The notes: generated by a model from the sequence alone, not told the origin. Counted from the first letter of the stretch, positions 13,702 to 26,304 are shown. The stretch is 64,000 nt of DNA from Octopus bimaculoides (GCF_001194135.2 NC_068987.1:106578414-106642413), one strand, 5' to 3'. Numbers and translations are program-made.

Positions 13702-16700
13702 ATTTTGAGTCAAGTTTTCTCTAACCGATTTGATTTATAGACAAAGGTCCTCCAGGCATAACAATCTTTTCTTTTGGTATAGCAGAAGTGCCACTATTCC
13801 ATGTCTCCAATTTTATGACGATAAGATGTAACATGAGTGAGATCTGACTGCAACCTCCAGCAGTTCATGCGACTGCAGAGAAGCTCACTATTCATTTTGA
13901 TGTTCAATGATGAGAACATAAAAAATGCAAGTCTCCGGATTAGAGTAATCAATATTTAATGAGATTCTCTGAAATATGTATCTTTCCTAAAGTCGCTTTT
14001 CCACTTAAGCGCAAGAATGATATAAATAATATCGCGATAAACTAAAATTTTCGAAATATAGATATGATACCAGACTAACAGTCAAAATCGTTGTCATATG
14101 TTATGTACAGAAGGTGAATAAACAACAAAATAAATGTAGAAGAAGTAGCAATACAACTAAGAAAAAAGGAAGCGATTGACAATTACAATTAGTAAAATAC
14201 CTACTATGTTTGAATCTTTTCGCTGATAGTGGAGAACGTTCCGAAATATATTTCGACAATAAAATTTTGGTGTCGTATGAGTATTTAAAATTGCGTTTTC
14301 ATCGAACTCAACATTGAAATTAATTATTTTTACTACAGACAATATGGAGCTTATTCTACTATTCTCTTTTTACATACTTTAAAAATCATACAGATCAATA
14401 GTCTACGCGTATTCTAGCACATTGAATAAATCATTTCTTATTTAATGTGTTTAAAATTAAAATGCTGGAAGTAAATATTCGGTGAATATAAAAAACATAT
14501 ACATTAGTCAATGGCTGAAATTGTTTTTATTTTTCCAGCAAATACAGGAGACAGTATTCAGCATCTGTTGTTCTTTTACTACTCCATCGTAGAGATGTTC
14601 TTCCTATCGTGATTTACTAGAGAATGACGAAGTCGATAATCAAGATATTAGACTAGTTAGTGTAAAGTTACAAAAAGGATTGAAGATTAAGTATTTCAAA
14701 GTAACCTTGAACATGAAAATTATTTTGACGACAAAATATAAAATATAAGATCTATTAAACATTTATTTGTATCTTCTGATATGAATAAGCATTCATGAAT
14801 AGCTAATATCAGGTTTAATCTGCGTAGCAAAGTGCCGAACACAGCAATGGGATAGTTTTGGTCTTATGTTCTCTTCAATAACTAAAGTAACAAGATACAA
14901 GTCGATAGCGTTTCACCGAACAACAGTCGGAGTCTTCTAATGAAATTCAAATACAGGGAAGGATTAGTAAAGGCATGGGACATCTTACTGTCTCACCAAG
15001 CTTAGTACTGGATAGGTACTTTTTCATCGATTCGGAAAGGGTGGGTGGTTAATTCTATCATGGCGGTATTTGAATTCATCCTTTAGAAAGTTAGAACTAG
15101 TACCACGTCATATTCCATTCGAAACATGTGCACGCCTGTTAAGTTGATTTGAGTAGACTAATGGAATATTTGTTACTCTTTATTATTGTTACTCTTCATC
15201 TTAGAGTCAATGTCCGCAGCATACTGACTCGTCTTTAACTTCAATCATTTGTTCGAACTTTCGACACGATTTTGCAGAAGTACAATTTGTTTTCCCGCAC
15301 AAGTTCCTATAGAAAATAATGATCTCATCCAAGGATTTTTTCTTCTACTTAGCTATACAGTACCGTGAGATAATCCCATATCCTCTGCAAAATCTAACTA
15401 CAATGCTACTGAATATAGCAATTATTTCAAATTGTATATATCTCTATTGAGATGAATGACTGAGTGTCACTAAAACCGAAATCAGTGATGACCCAATAGA
15501 CAAATGTATTCCTATCTATGTAGGTACGCATGCGTATGTGTGCACCAGGGTGTATTGACATGTAGCTGCGCTGATCGAAATATTAGAGCATCGAACGCAA
15601 GAAATATATTTTTGATTTCCTCTTACGACGTTGATTTAGTCAATATTATCGGCGAAATCCTCCAAAACGGTCAGGGAAATGGGATAATAAATATTGCTGT
15701 GGCCATTATTGTTCAGATTTTGTCCCACCAACAATGAGTGAGCTGACCTATGGTCAAGAAAATTCCATTCATGGCCAGTCCAGCCATAACCATTCCCACT
15801 TTTTGAATTATGCAGAAAATGCAGGCCATGTTATCCTACATGTCCTATTTCAAGACGGTTTACATTTGAAAACTTTTCAGCTGCTATTTCTTACAGTTGG
15901 AGCATCCCCCGTTCGCCCTTACACGTTGTATTAATGTAAGATGCAGCTTTGCTTCCTGTGTGCGAGGGTAAGCGAAGCGAAATATGAATGTTTTGCTTAC
16001 TCATCGCCTCACCGTATTCACTCTGTAAGTAATAGCTCTGATAGTGATAGCAGTTACCAGGTTCACTCGGTTACGACACATTATACTGAGACAATGTCTT
16101 CAATGCTTACAAAATAAAGGGAAATTCGACGACATCTTTTCTTTCTTTGCTTTTTTTAGTTTTGCAAATCTAATTTTCTTATGTAGATATCATTTCGAAT
16201 CTCTGTGTTATAATGATATAGTCTCTAAGAAATAGCCCAAGGGAACGAGGAAGAAATCTCTTCACCAGACATTCTGGGGTTAAATTAATAATACTTTCTA
16301 ATACTGGCACCAGAAGCTAGAAATTTCGAGATATGAGATAGTCGAATTTATGTTCTTCCACCAGGGGTGCATATTCTAGGTGTATTAAGTTAGCATCTCT
16401 CACACGCCAACGATGGTAAATTTTCTTTAAAATAATTTCATTATTGCAGTATCGTGTTATGCTCTAGTTGTAATTTGTTTTCCAATCTAACAATACACAC
16501 AAACACAAAGTTTAAGTCAGGTTGAATTCGTACTATAGAGAAATAGCCTAAAGTTTATGAGTGTATACTGATATCAGCGTAGTAGGTTCAATATTGTATA
16601 ACCCCCTGAGAACCATACACCACAGCTTTTTAATCACGGTATCTTTTTCGATACTGTACTGAATATCGTGTACTCCTCGAACGGTTTCAGTAGTATATAA

Positions 16701-16858
16701 CTTCTTTTATGTCTACGAGGTGAGTTTGTTCATAGACACTCAGTGAATTCTTGTCTATTGTTGGACATATGACAGTGAATTCCCCATCCCCTCGGCTCTT
16801 CTCACAGCGCAGTATAACTGATTTCGAGAAAGAGAGTGAGAGCAAAAGAGCACGCGTG

Positions 16859-16982
<124 letters not shown>

Positions 16983-18426
16983 TGAGTGACAAGGAGAGAG
17001 AGCAAGAGAAGTGTCTCCATTATATTTCTTATTTTATGTATTGATGACGCAAGCAAAAATGGAAATTTCATTTCGCTTGGAGGTTGGACATAGGGAGCAA
17101 ACAGTAGGAATCTAACCTCAGAAATAATACCATCACTTTGCCAACCACAAGATAACGGAAGAAGTATTGAATGCACTCGTGAGAGAATTTAACTATCGAT
17201 GGCTTAGTTCTTATTGTAAATAAGGAACTATGAATAATTACGCCTTACCGCGATTAACTTCTGGTGCGCTAAAATATATTCCATCCTAAATCTTCCTTTG
17301 GGTTACAGGTAACGATTCTATAATATTGACGAGAGGTCGATTAACCTGCAGTTTTTAGTAATTGTTGCTGCTGAGTTCAAAGTATACAATGCCATAAATT
17401 CGGAGATTCTACTGGCAGTTTCAAAAGACAGATTGAAAACACGAGATAAAGACAGTCGTATTATGACTCCGGCCTGATGGAATTGACGTCGATTTACTGT
17501 TTGATGATTTACAGAATACATCACAGCCAGACAGTTAACTCTTCAGAAGATGTTTCGATAACAATAATTGACAATTTCCCGCATATTGTAATTATAGTTT
17601 TTAATTCCGTCAAAAAAATTTAGCAAAAAGATATATTTACTTATTTACAAGACTTGCCAAGGTAATGAGATTTAAAATTACTTACATCAAGAAATGTAAT
17701 TAGCTGCCAGAAAATTGCAGGTTATCTTCGATTTTTATATATTTTTCTCTCTCATATATTTCCTATTTGACTTAGGTAATGATTTACATACATCGCTATA
17801 ATGCTGTCTGTGGTAGATTGGCTGTTAAAGATATTCTGAATGTCTACGGTAATGTGAGTGTAGTATCGATCTATTATAGTATCTTGAAGTTTTCCTTCAT
17901 TCTGGAGTATTTCTTTTTGTAGAGGACACAACTATTACTGTATTCTATAATACTCTTTTGTATTGTCGGTCATTGAGTATTTGGTACAGAAACAAGATTT
18001 GTTAGTATTTGGACACTAAAAAAAAATCAAGATTTGTGTATATTGTAGATCGCCGATATAAAATGTACAATGTTTGATATAAAACAGAATATTTTGTAAA
18101 TTTAAGATTGAATTCCGCATTTTCTAAGACTAAAAGATATACAAGAAATGGTTTGTGATATTTTTCTACGCATGGTGATTATTATTACGCACTGAGGCTA
18201 TATAGTGTTTTGTAGCCAATTTTTGTTACCCAGCATGGAGTAATTTGTACCACGGGGCCGTAACAGTATTTTGTCGTTTTATTGCCACGCAATAGAAAGT
18301 GTTTTGCAAAACATCACGCTATGTAAATATGTATGTATGTATTCTGCTTATAATTATTTAAATTCATCAGTTAATGAATGCTCCATAGAAAGCCCCATTG
18401 TTGAAATGAAAATAACGAAAATACTG

Positions 18427-18999
18427 TCACATTTTAAACTTGAGAGAAGTCTTGCATATCTTTAATGTTCCACTTACAAATTGTATTTGTAATGTGCGAG
18501 TTGGTTGGTTGATTTCTTGTCCTGAAAATCCAAACTTTTGAAGACTGTCACTGAGACATTTACTCACAACATTAAGTTCCCTAATTGTTATTGGTACAAA
18601 TGTAAATTTCTAATCAGGATATAGAAGCTGGAGGTTTCGATGCGGTTGTCCATAGTTATCCTATTTCTCTTTGATTTTCGAAGAGATATCATCAAGACAG
18701 CTGATCTCTCTGACGATACATATCTTTACTTGTCTGTCCAAACAGCAATATCCGGCCTGTTCTACACACAGTTGACACATCTTTTAATGGGAATGTTCCA
18801 CCAGTATTCCTATTGTTGACGTTTGTGTCCGTATTCGATAACAGCGAGTCTCTTTATTCCAGGACAATCCTCTTCTTGAAAGGCATTGTATATTGTTTCT
18901 TGCAGCCACGTCGTGTCGAACAGTGAGTTAGTACCTCGATGACATATTTAGACAGCTGCTAATCACATGTGGGATGTCTTCCACAGAATTATAGCAAAA
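18427..18999 (-). mobile_element. Decayed non-LTR retrotransposon 3' ORF end with CCHC knuckle and restriction-like endonuclease (R4/Dong-like)
   Basis: Manual minus-strand translation across frameshifts and stops gives CYNSVEDIPHVISSC..RHDVAA..TIYNAF..EYWWNIPIK..NRPDIAVWD..ICIVREISC..KIKEK*DNYG..RNLQLLYPD*KFTFVPI..LQKFGF..GTLKICKTSLKFKM*. This contains the C..H..C, RHD and PD..E motifs typical of RLE-bearing LINEs. Confidence 0.8.
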
Positions 19000-19001
19000 G
19001 G

Positions 19002-19806
19002 TATTGAGTCATCCCATAAATAAGGCGGTCTTTTCAATTGCATGAGTTAAAAGTCGGAGGGAGACGTGATGAACTACCTGCACCAACTTCCTATGAAAGC
19101 AGGTAGTAATTTTGCTTTGCACTTATTCTTAGTGCATGTTTTAAAGAGTGCTGTTCGATTTTAACAGTTAATTTTTTAATGCTATAATCGAAGTGACAAA
19201 GGAGCATATTCGGCATATTTCACTTTATGAGTTCAATAAAGGCAACAACACAACGGAAAATGCGAGGAATATTAGTGCAGAATATGTGATCGGACATATT
19301 CCGAGCTGGAAGCTACAGCCTAGAAGTCGAGCCTCGTCCTGGAAGATCTTTAGAACTCGACGAGAATGTCCTGCAATCCCTGATGGAACAAAATCCCATT
19401 GTAACTGTTTAGGAAGTAACAGGGAAGCTTAAATTGGTCCTTCAGCCATTCATCGACACCGGCGCTAGAAGAAAAACAACAATATTCGGTTTCAAGACGC
19501 CCAGTTTTCTTTCATCAGGATAATGCTCGGCCACATATAGCGGGGATGACATTCCAAACGCTGGAACAGATTGAATGAGAACCAATGACGCCAGCTACCA
19601 TATTCCCCTGATATTGCCCCATCTGGTAATCATTTATTCCACAGTCTTCAAAATCGTTTGGACGGAAAAATTATGAATTCTGTAAACGAAGTACTGGCTG
19701 AGTATTTTTCGTAACAGACAAGTGAATTTTGGAAGAGGGGCCTTGCAAGTCTATCAGTTTGATGGACGAGCATTGTGGAAAATGAGGGAGAGTGTATTTG
19801 AGGTTA
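19002..19806 (+). mobile_element. Internally deleted mariner (D,D34D-type) transposon relic
   Basis: TA followed by the TIR-like ttgagtcatcccataaataaggcggtcttttc. The N-terminus (I)EVTKEHIRHISLYEFNKGNN starts at 19187 (ATG mutated to ATC). HQDNARPH is at 19513 and PYSPDIAPS at about 19598-19625. There are multiple stops and frameshifts, and the central region is missing. Confidence 0.88.
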
Positions 19807-19814
19807 ACATGAAG

Positions 19815-20022
19815 AGTTACGATGGGATTTTGTTCCATCAGGGATTGCAGGACGTCCTTGTCGATTTCTAAAGATCTTCCAGGATGAGGCTCGTCTTCTA
19901 GACTGTAGTTTCCAGCTCGGGATTTCCGGAACCACCATTGATATTGGCTTACGCTTATTGTCCGATCCCGTATTCTGCACTAATATTTCGAAAAATTAAA
20001 CCGTATGAAAAATCGCCTTATT
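19815..20022 (-). mobile_element. Inverted second fragment of the same mariner plus partial TIR
   Basis: The reverse complement of 19815-19987 matches 19268-19406 and encodes QWWFRKSRAGNYSLEDEPHPGRS. gaaaaatcgccttatt (20007-20022) resembles the reverse complement of the left TIR. Confidence 0.8.
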
Positions 20023-20029
20023 CATTTGC

Positions 20030-20200
20030 AAGGACCTCTTCTTCGATTGCAAATGCATAGCTTTCGAAAAGTGTGATGAGATGTAGCAGTCACGAGTCCA
20101 AGAGAGTCTTCGCTTCGTGTCAATATTGCTGACTACAAGACTTCGGTAAACAGACAAATGAAATTTTTTATCTTGGTATGCTGAGTTTTGTATATATGAG
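20030..20200 (-). mobile_element. Upstream continuation of the R4/Dong-like LINE beyond the mariner insertion
   Basis: The minus strand gives YQDKKFH..VYRSL..NIDTKRRLSWTRDCYISSHF/ESYAFAIEEE, resembling the segment that precedes the CCHC knuckle in this LINE group. Confidence 0.6.
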
Positions 20201-20789
20201 AAATGTATGTAGCAGCGATATGTCAAAAGTATTATAAACGTTGCACTCCATGTCAACATTCTGTTGCAGGCTATAACAATACTACAGTTTTCTGTAAATT
20301 ATTAAACATGTTTTGCCTCTGTATCTTGGTGCTGGCTGTCGTAGTAAACCCCACCCATACAGGCACTTAGCAAATATATGAACAACAAAAGAACAATATT
20401 AATGTATCGAGTGATAACTCATTAAATGTCGAGCTATTAGTGTTACACTATTTTGTCAATCATCTATGTTCTGAGTTTTGATATCAATAAATTTGACTTA
20501 GGATGCCATAGCTCCAGGAACCATAATATTCTGATGTGGATTCATTGGAGTTTATGAAATCTGAAAAAAAATGTTTGTAAATATTTGAGACTTATACGAA
20601 ATATACTAAATATCTAGTACGGTTATTGCACAATTATGTTGATTTAGCTACTTGATTTAAAAAAGAAAAAAACAAGAACAAAAGCAAAGATATGGATAGT
20701 TTTCATGCCTACATGTGTACAATATCTAAATCTACATTTATGTATATCCTACTTCAAAAACTTACTGTTGATGGGTACTGAATATATAC

Positions 20790-21030
20790 ACGTTTCAGGT
20801 GCAGAGATAGGGAAAACTCCACCTCCCTGCTCTGTTATACCTGTAGACCTTGTGGCAACGAGAAGGATTTTTCCAATATCGAATGGGTTATTATTGACAA
20901 AGGCCCTCGGTAAAAATCTTGACCTAGCAAACGCCAACTGTGTCAACGTAACAGATATATACACCGCCACCTATAGTATCCACCAACATGACTAATGAAC
21001 GAACATAGTGTTGCCATGTCAAAGTATTTC
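20790..21030 (+). mobile_element. Probable Penelope-like element GIY-YIG endonuclease C-terminal remnant
   Basis: A frame not shown in the ORF track reads FRCRDRENSTSLLCY..KDFSNIEWVIIDKGP..KRQLC..RYI..LMNE. This resembles the recalled PLE pattern SFR..NSTSLSKY..I.W.I..KA..C.LC..EK..LLN. Several stops are present. Confidence 0.5.
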
Positions 21031-21299
21031 GAACCATAGGCAACCGAAAATCCAGATATACCTCCTTAAGATTTCATACTCTATAAAACAAAGCACAACA
21101 CTTAACTACACCCATCCGTATAGATTACAGCCCCATCCATGCTGACTGTTCAACCTAATGTACCAAAGTTTAATCCTTCACCCCTAATTTGGTTAATCTT
21201 ACGGAAAGTCTGTCAGCTCTATTTTAGTCCACCGCTAACCCGAAACAACAGGCCTTTTGCCATGTTTAGCAGAAAATGCATCGAACATATATCGAGAAA

Positions 21300-22130
21300 T
21301 AAACAATGAAAAACATTCAGTAAGAGTACTCTAGATTAAAGAATATTTGCCAACATATTATTGTTATTTAGCCCCAAGAAGCATCGTCTCCACCTGGCTG
21401 TCGACACATCTGCGTCCTTATATTTTCGAGCTAGGAAGCTTAGTGTCAGACACAGCTCAGAGCAATATCTGTGTACCAATGATTTCTGGGTAATTTTCCT
21501 TCGTCAGCACAGAATAACAGCTCGGTTAGAGATAGCGACATTAAATTCGTGTTTAAATTATATGCTTTTCAAAGTGACACACCGTTACTGATCTCATAAA
21601 TAGAAAAATATTATTTCTAAATCTCTGAACGGCAAACCTTAAGTAACAATACTGAAGGGTAAAATGTATTTTCTAACATAATGTGGCTGTCCTGATTAGG
21701 ACAAATGTTACACTTATTTAGCCCCACGAAATATCGTCTCAAGCAGGCTATCGGCACAATGTTTGCATCCTTATATTTTCGAACAAGGGAGCTTTGTATT
21801 CCCACACAGCTCAGAGCAATATCTGTGTGCCAATGGTTTCTGCTTTATTTCACTTCATCAGTACAGAATAACTGCTTGGCTAGAGATGGTGACAGCAAAT
21901 CCTTGTACGAAATATATGCTTTTGAAAGTGAGATATTCCCTTTCCTTGGGCTAAATAACAGTAACATTCGTCCTAATCAGGAATGACACATTATGTTGAG
22001 AAATAATCTTTACTCTAGAGTACTGTTACTGAATGTTTCTCGTTCAGAGATTTAGAAATAATGTTTTTCTATGTATGAGATCAGTGAGTGTGTTACTTTG
22101 AAAAGCATATTTTTCGAACACGAATTTTAT
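21300..22130. repeat. Tandem-plus-inverted array of a ~350-bp unit
   Basis: 21362-21590 and 21711-21940 are diverged direct copies (ttatttagcccca..cacagctcagagcaatatctgtg..tatatgctttt.aaagtga). 21945-22130 is an inverted copy of 21541-21725. A partial unit tail lies at 21300-21360. Confidence 0.85.
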
Positions 22131-23021
22131 GGCACCAAATACTGTTCTGTGATATTAAAGATACAACCAGGCAGCCGCTATGCGATCGCACAATATGATG
22201 TAACTTGCAATCAATCATCTCTCACATTGCACAGCTATTACGCACTGACTTATTCTAATCATCTGATTTACAAATGGGCCTCACCCTTGTCAGGCACTTG
22301 CCCTCAAAGACCTCACAAAATCATTAGTTGTCAGGGTACTTAAATCATGAGTAGCCATAAAAATATATACGAATGAGTACTTTTCTATTTCCATGTGTTT
22401 GAAAAATGCTCTTCAGAATTAATCTACACATATCTTATATTCGAAAGGTCAAGATTTTTCTGGATGCTGTAGTTATAATTTATCATTATTCGATGAGAAA
22501 ACGATGAGATGATCATGGCTGGAAGTATTTTGATCTACAATTTACCCAGACAAACTTAAGTTATGAATTAAAGGCACAGAAAAGAAAAAAAAAAGAAAAC
22601 ACTAACAATATCACAAATATATTTGTGATATAAAGTGAACACGAAGCCGGCGAATCGGTGCAGGTTTCTTGGTTCAGACACTGAAATATCATTAGACATT
22701 TTTTTAGCTAATCTATCAATGTCATACACGAAGAACACTTATAGTTTCAACAGTGAAAACTTTTTTTCCTGCGAAAGAAGTTAGGCTGGGCGATTTTTAC
22801 ATCATGTACATGCATCATTGTCATAATTCTCATTTCAGCAAAATGGACTAATTATTATTTGCAATTCCCCCATGCGGCGTTCAACCACCTATGAAAAACA
22901 GCGCTTATATACGTGCACATACGTGTATACACCAATTTACAAGCCGTCTTACATATACATATATATACATACATACGTATATATATATATATATATACAT
23001 ATATATATGTAGGTATGTATG

Positions 23022-23062
<41 letters not shown>

Positions 23063-23983
23063 ATGTTTGCTTGGAAACATGTATATACACATATATACAT
23101 ACATATATTGATACAGACATAGCTACATAGATACATAGACATATAAACGTATACATACATGTATACGTACATACATATATACATAGAAAACAAAAATACA
23201 AACATATATACATACGCATATCGAGTCGTCTAAGTAAGAATATCAATCATATCCATAAAGTGTAACAACACATTTCTAAAGTGATATAACACACACTGAA
23301 TAAACAAATACAGACATTCCAGGCAAACGTTTGGTTTCAATGAAAGAAACGCCGTGAGCTAAAAGGCTGGTCTAGATTCTGCTCCCAAATTTCTCATTCC
23401 TATTCCCTATATGCTCCCCCTCTCGCTTTCTGTGTCTCTATGTCTCTTTATCTCTTTCTCTGTGTGTCTTTCTCTGTATCTCTATCCCTCTCTCACTTTC
23501 TCGCTCACTCTCTCATCCGCATTCTTTCTCCACCTATGAATACACACAGCCATACGCATATCTAGGTAAATGAAATATACATACGTTAACGTGTATATAT
23601 ATGTAGGTATATACGCACGTTTATATACACTTATTTATATACATACATCACATTTGTGTATGTATGTATGTGCATATACACGATGTATATGTGCACATCT
23701 AACTATCTGTATACACAAATGTGTGTGTGTGTGCTTGTATTTCTGTATCAATTGAAAAACAGACAATGAGGTATGTATATATATATATATNNNNNNNNNN
23801 NNNNNNNNNNNNNNNNNNNNNNNNNNNNNNNNNNNNNNNNNNNNNNNNNNNNNNNNNNNNNNNNNNNNNNNNNNNNNNNNNNNNNNNNNNNNNNNNNNNN
23901 NNNNNNNNNNNNNNNNNNNNNNNNNNNNNNNNNNNNNTATAAATATATATATATATAGATAGATAGATAGATAGAGGGAGAGG

Positions 23984-24027
<44 letters not shown>

Positions 24028-24480
24028 GAGAGAGAAAGAGAGAGAGCGAGAGAGAGAGAGAGACAGAGAGAGACAGAGACAGAAGCAGAGAGGCAGAGTG
24101 AGAGACAATGAGAAAATGTATTTGTTTGAGAAAGAAGACAGAGAATAGACTCCTTCATTGACTATGCGAGCTGATACCTAGAAACTAGATCTGCGTTTTG
24201 AGAGATTCTGGCTGTTCTCAAAGCAATAACACATGTCAGACACAAGAAAACAGATAGAAACTTTGACCCCAGAGAATGGTGCTAGAACACTTTGTTTATA
24301 GAATGATATTATATCGTTACACATTTCTCTCTTATGTTTTGTAATAGCAAGCACAACATGTATGGAAGGCAAGACCGGACATAATTTTAAACAGTGTATG
24401 TGCATATACAATATTATAATAAACTGTCGTATGTCCAAATTTGGCCAAATGCAGTTCTTTCAATATTTATTTTTGCTTAA

Positions 24481-25486
24481 GGCGGTTAGTTGGCAGAAAC
24501 GTTAGGACGCCGGGTGAAATGCTTTGCTGGATTTCGTCTGCCGATACGTTCTGAGTTCAAATTCTGCCGAAGTCAACTTAACTTTCATCCTTTCGGAGTC
24601 GATAAATCAAGTGCCAGTTACGCATTGGGGTCGATGTAATCGACTTAATCCCTTTGTCTGTCCCTGTTTGTCTCCTCTATGTTTAGCCCCTTGTGGGTAA
24701 TAGAGAAATAAGAAACGTTAGGACGCTGGGCGAAATGCTTAGCAATATTTCGTGTGCCGTTACGTTCTGAGTTCAAATTCCGCCGAGGTAGACTCTGCCT
24801 TTCATCCATTCAGGGTCGATAACTCACGTACTAGTTACGCACTAGGGTCGATGTAATCGATTTAATCCCTTTGTCGGCCCTTGTTTGTCCCCTCTATGTT
24901 TAGCCCCTTGTGGGCAATAAAAAAAAAAGAAACGTTAGTACGCCGGGTGAAATGCTTAGCGGTATTTGTCTGTCTTACGTTCTGAGTTCAAATTCCACCG
25001 AGGTCGACTTTGCATTTCATCATTTCGAGGTCGATAAATTAAGTACCAGTTGCATACTGAGGTCGATCTAATCGAGNNNNNNNNNNNNNNNNNNNNNNNN
25101 NNNNNNNNNNNNNNNNNNNNNNNNNNNNNNNNNNNNNNNNNNNNNNNNNNNNNNNNNNNNNNNNNNNNNNNNNNNNNNNNNNNNNNNNNNNNNNNNNNNN
25201 NNNNNNNNNNNNNNNNNNNNNNNNNNNNNNNNNNNNNNNNNNNNNNNNNNNNNNNNNNNNNNNNNNNNNNNNNNNNNNNNNNNNNNNNNNNNNNNNNNNN
25301 NNNNNNNNNNNNNNNNNNNNNNNNNNNNNNNNNNCTTACGTTCTGAGTTCAAATTCCACCGAGGTCGACTTTGCATTTCATCATTTCGAGGTCGATAAAT
25401 TAAGTACCAGTTGCATACTGAGGTCGATCTAATCGAGTAGCCCCCTCCCCCAAAATTTCGGTCCTTGTGCCTAGAGTAGAAAAGGA
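24481..25486 (+). mobile_element. Head-to-tail array of three SINE copies (third spans an N-gap)
   Basis: Units start at 24481, 24712 and 24929. Each carries gaaacgttag..gaaatgct..ttacgttctgagttcaaattc..gtcgat..aatcga. Confidence 0.9.
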
Positions 25487-26270
25487 TATTTATTCTTGCT
25501 TGCAATAACCTGTTCTTTTGGTCAAACTAGCGTATCTCCAGCTACTTCAGATGCTAAATTATCAAAGTGTAGTACAACGGTTTTCCGAAGGAATGGTGAA
25601 ACTATTGTTTTCGTTTTCTGAGCAGGTAATGCTTTGGACTTACGAAACCTTTGCATAATAGCAACGATATGAAGACTTACATCTCAGAATTACAACTGCA
25701 TATGCATGTGAACATATTATATGCATACTAATATTTATGCATACACATGCACACACGGATACACACATAAATATATATGAAAGTGTATGCATATACATAT
25801 GGACAAATACGTGTATAAAGCTATCTGGATATATATCTCTTACTCTTTCTTTGCCTCTCTTTTGCCTTCTCCATCTCTCTTTGTTTCACTTTCCCTCCCT
25901 AATACTCTACTTGTTCTTTAGTTCTGACATTCTATCTCTCCTCACACCTCCAGTCTTACAAGACATATTCATTTTACACTGCGTTAGCGAATATCTAGCT
26001 TTCTTGCAGCAGCAAGATTTTATTTGTTGTATTTGTATATCTCATTCTGTTGTGTCTTTTTTCCTAAATTTTCTCTGCGTTCGTTAGCTATTCTACTGGC
26101 GCCTCCAAGAGTAAACGATACCAATGTTAAAGGCACGAAATTGTGACGGTCGTTTGGCCGTTGACTGATGAGGAATTTGCTACGAATTTTGTGTTTGTTA
26201 TATTTTCTAAAATTTTCCCTTTGTTGTGCTTTTGTTAATTTTTGTTAATGTTTAACGTCCCGTTTAAGTA

Positions 26271-26304
<34 letters not shown>

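Noticed and set aside
15713-15829. Minus-strand MACIFCIIQKVGMVMAGLAMNGIFLTIGQLTHCWW, superficially like a claudin/PMP22 first transmembrane helix
   Set aside because: It stops after 38 codons with no strong donor and no downstream exons found. Part of it loosely resembles an interspersed motif also seen near 11897-11965.
19489-19518. Minus-strand CUGAUGA-aaga...ucuu-GAAAC, a canonical-looking hammerhead core
   Set aside because: It is the antisense of the mariner SRRPVFFHQD coding segment. Stems I and III do not form, so it is coincidental.
24481-25076. Regularly spaced repeats suggesting a CRISPR-like array
   Set aside because: The units are ~215-230-bp SINE copies with no unique spacers, and there are no cas genes. 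The context is eukaryotic.
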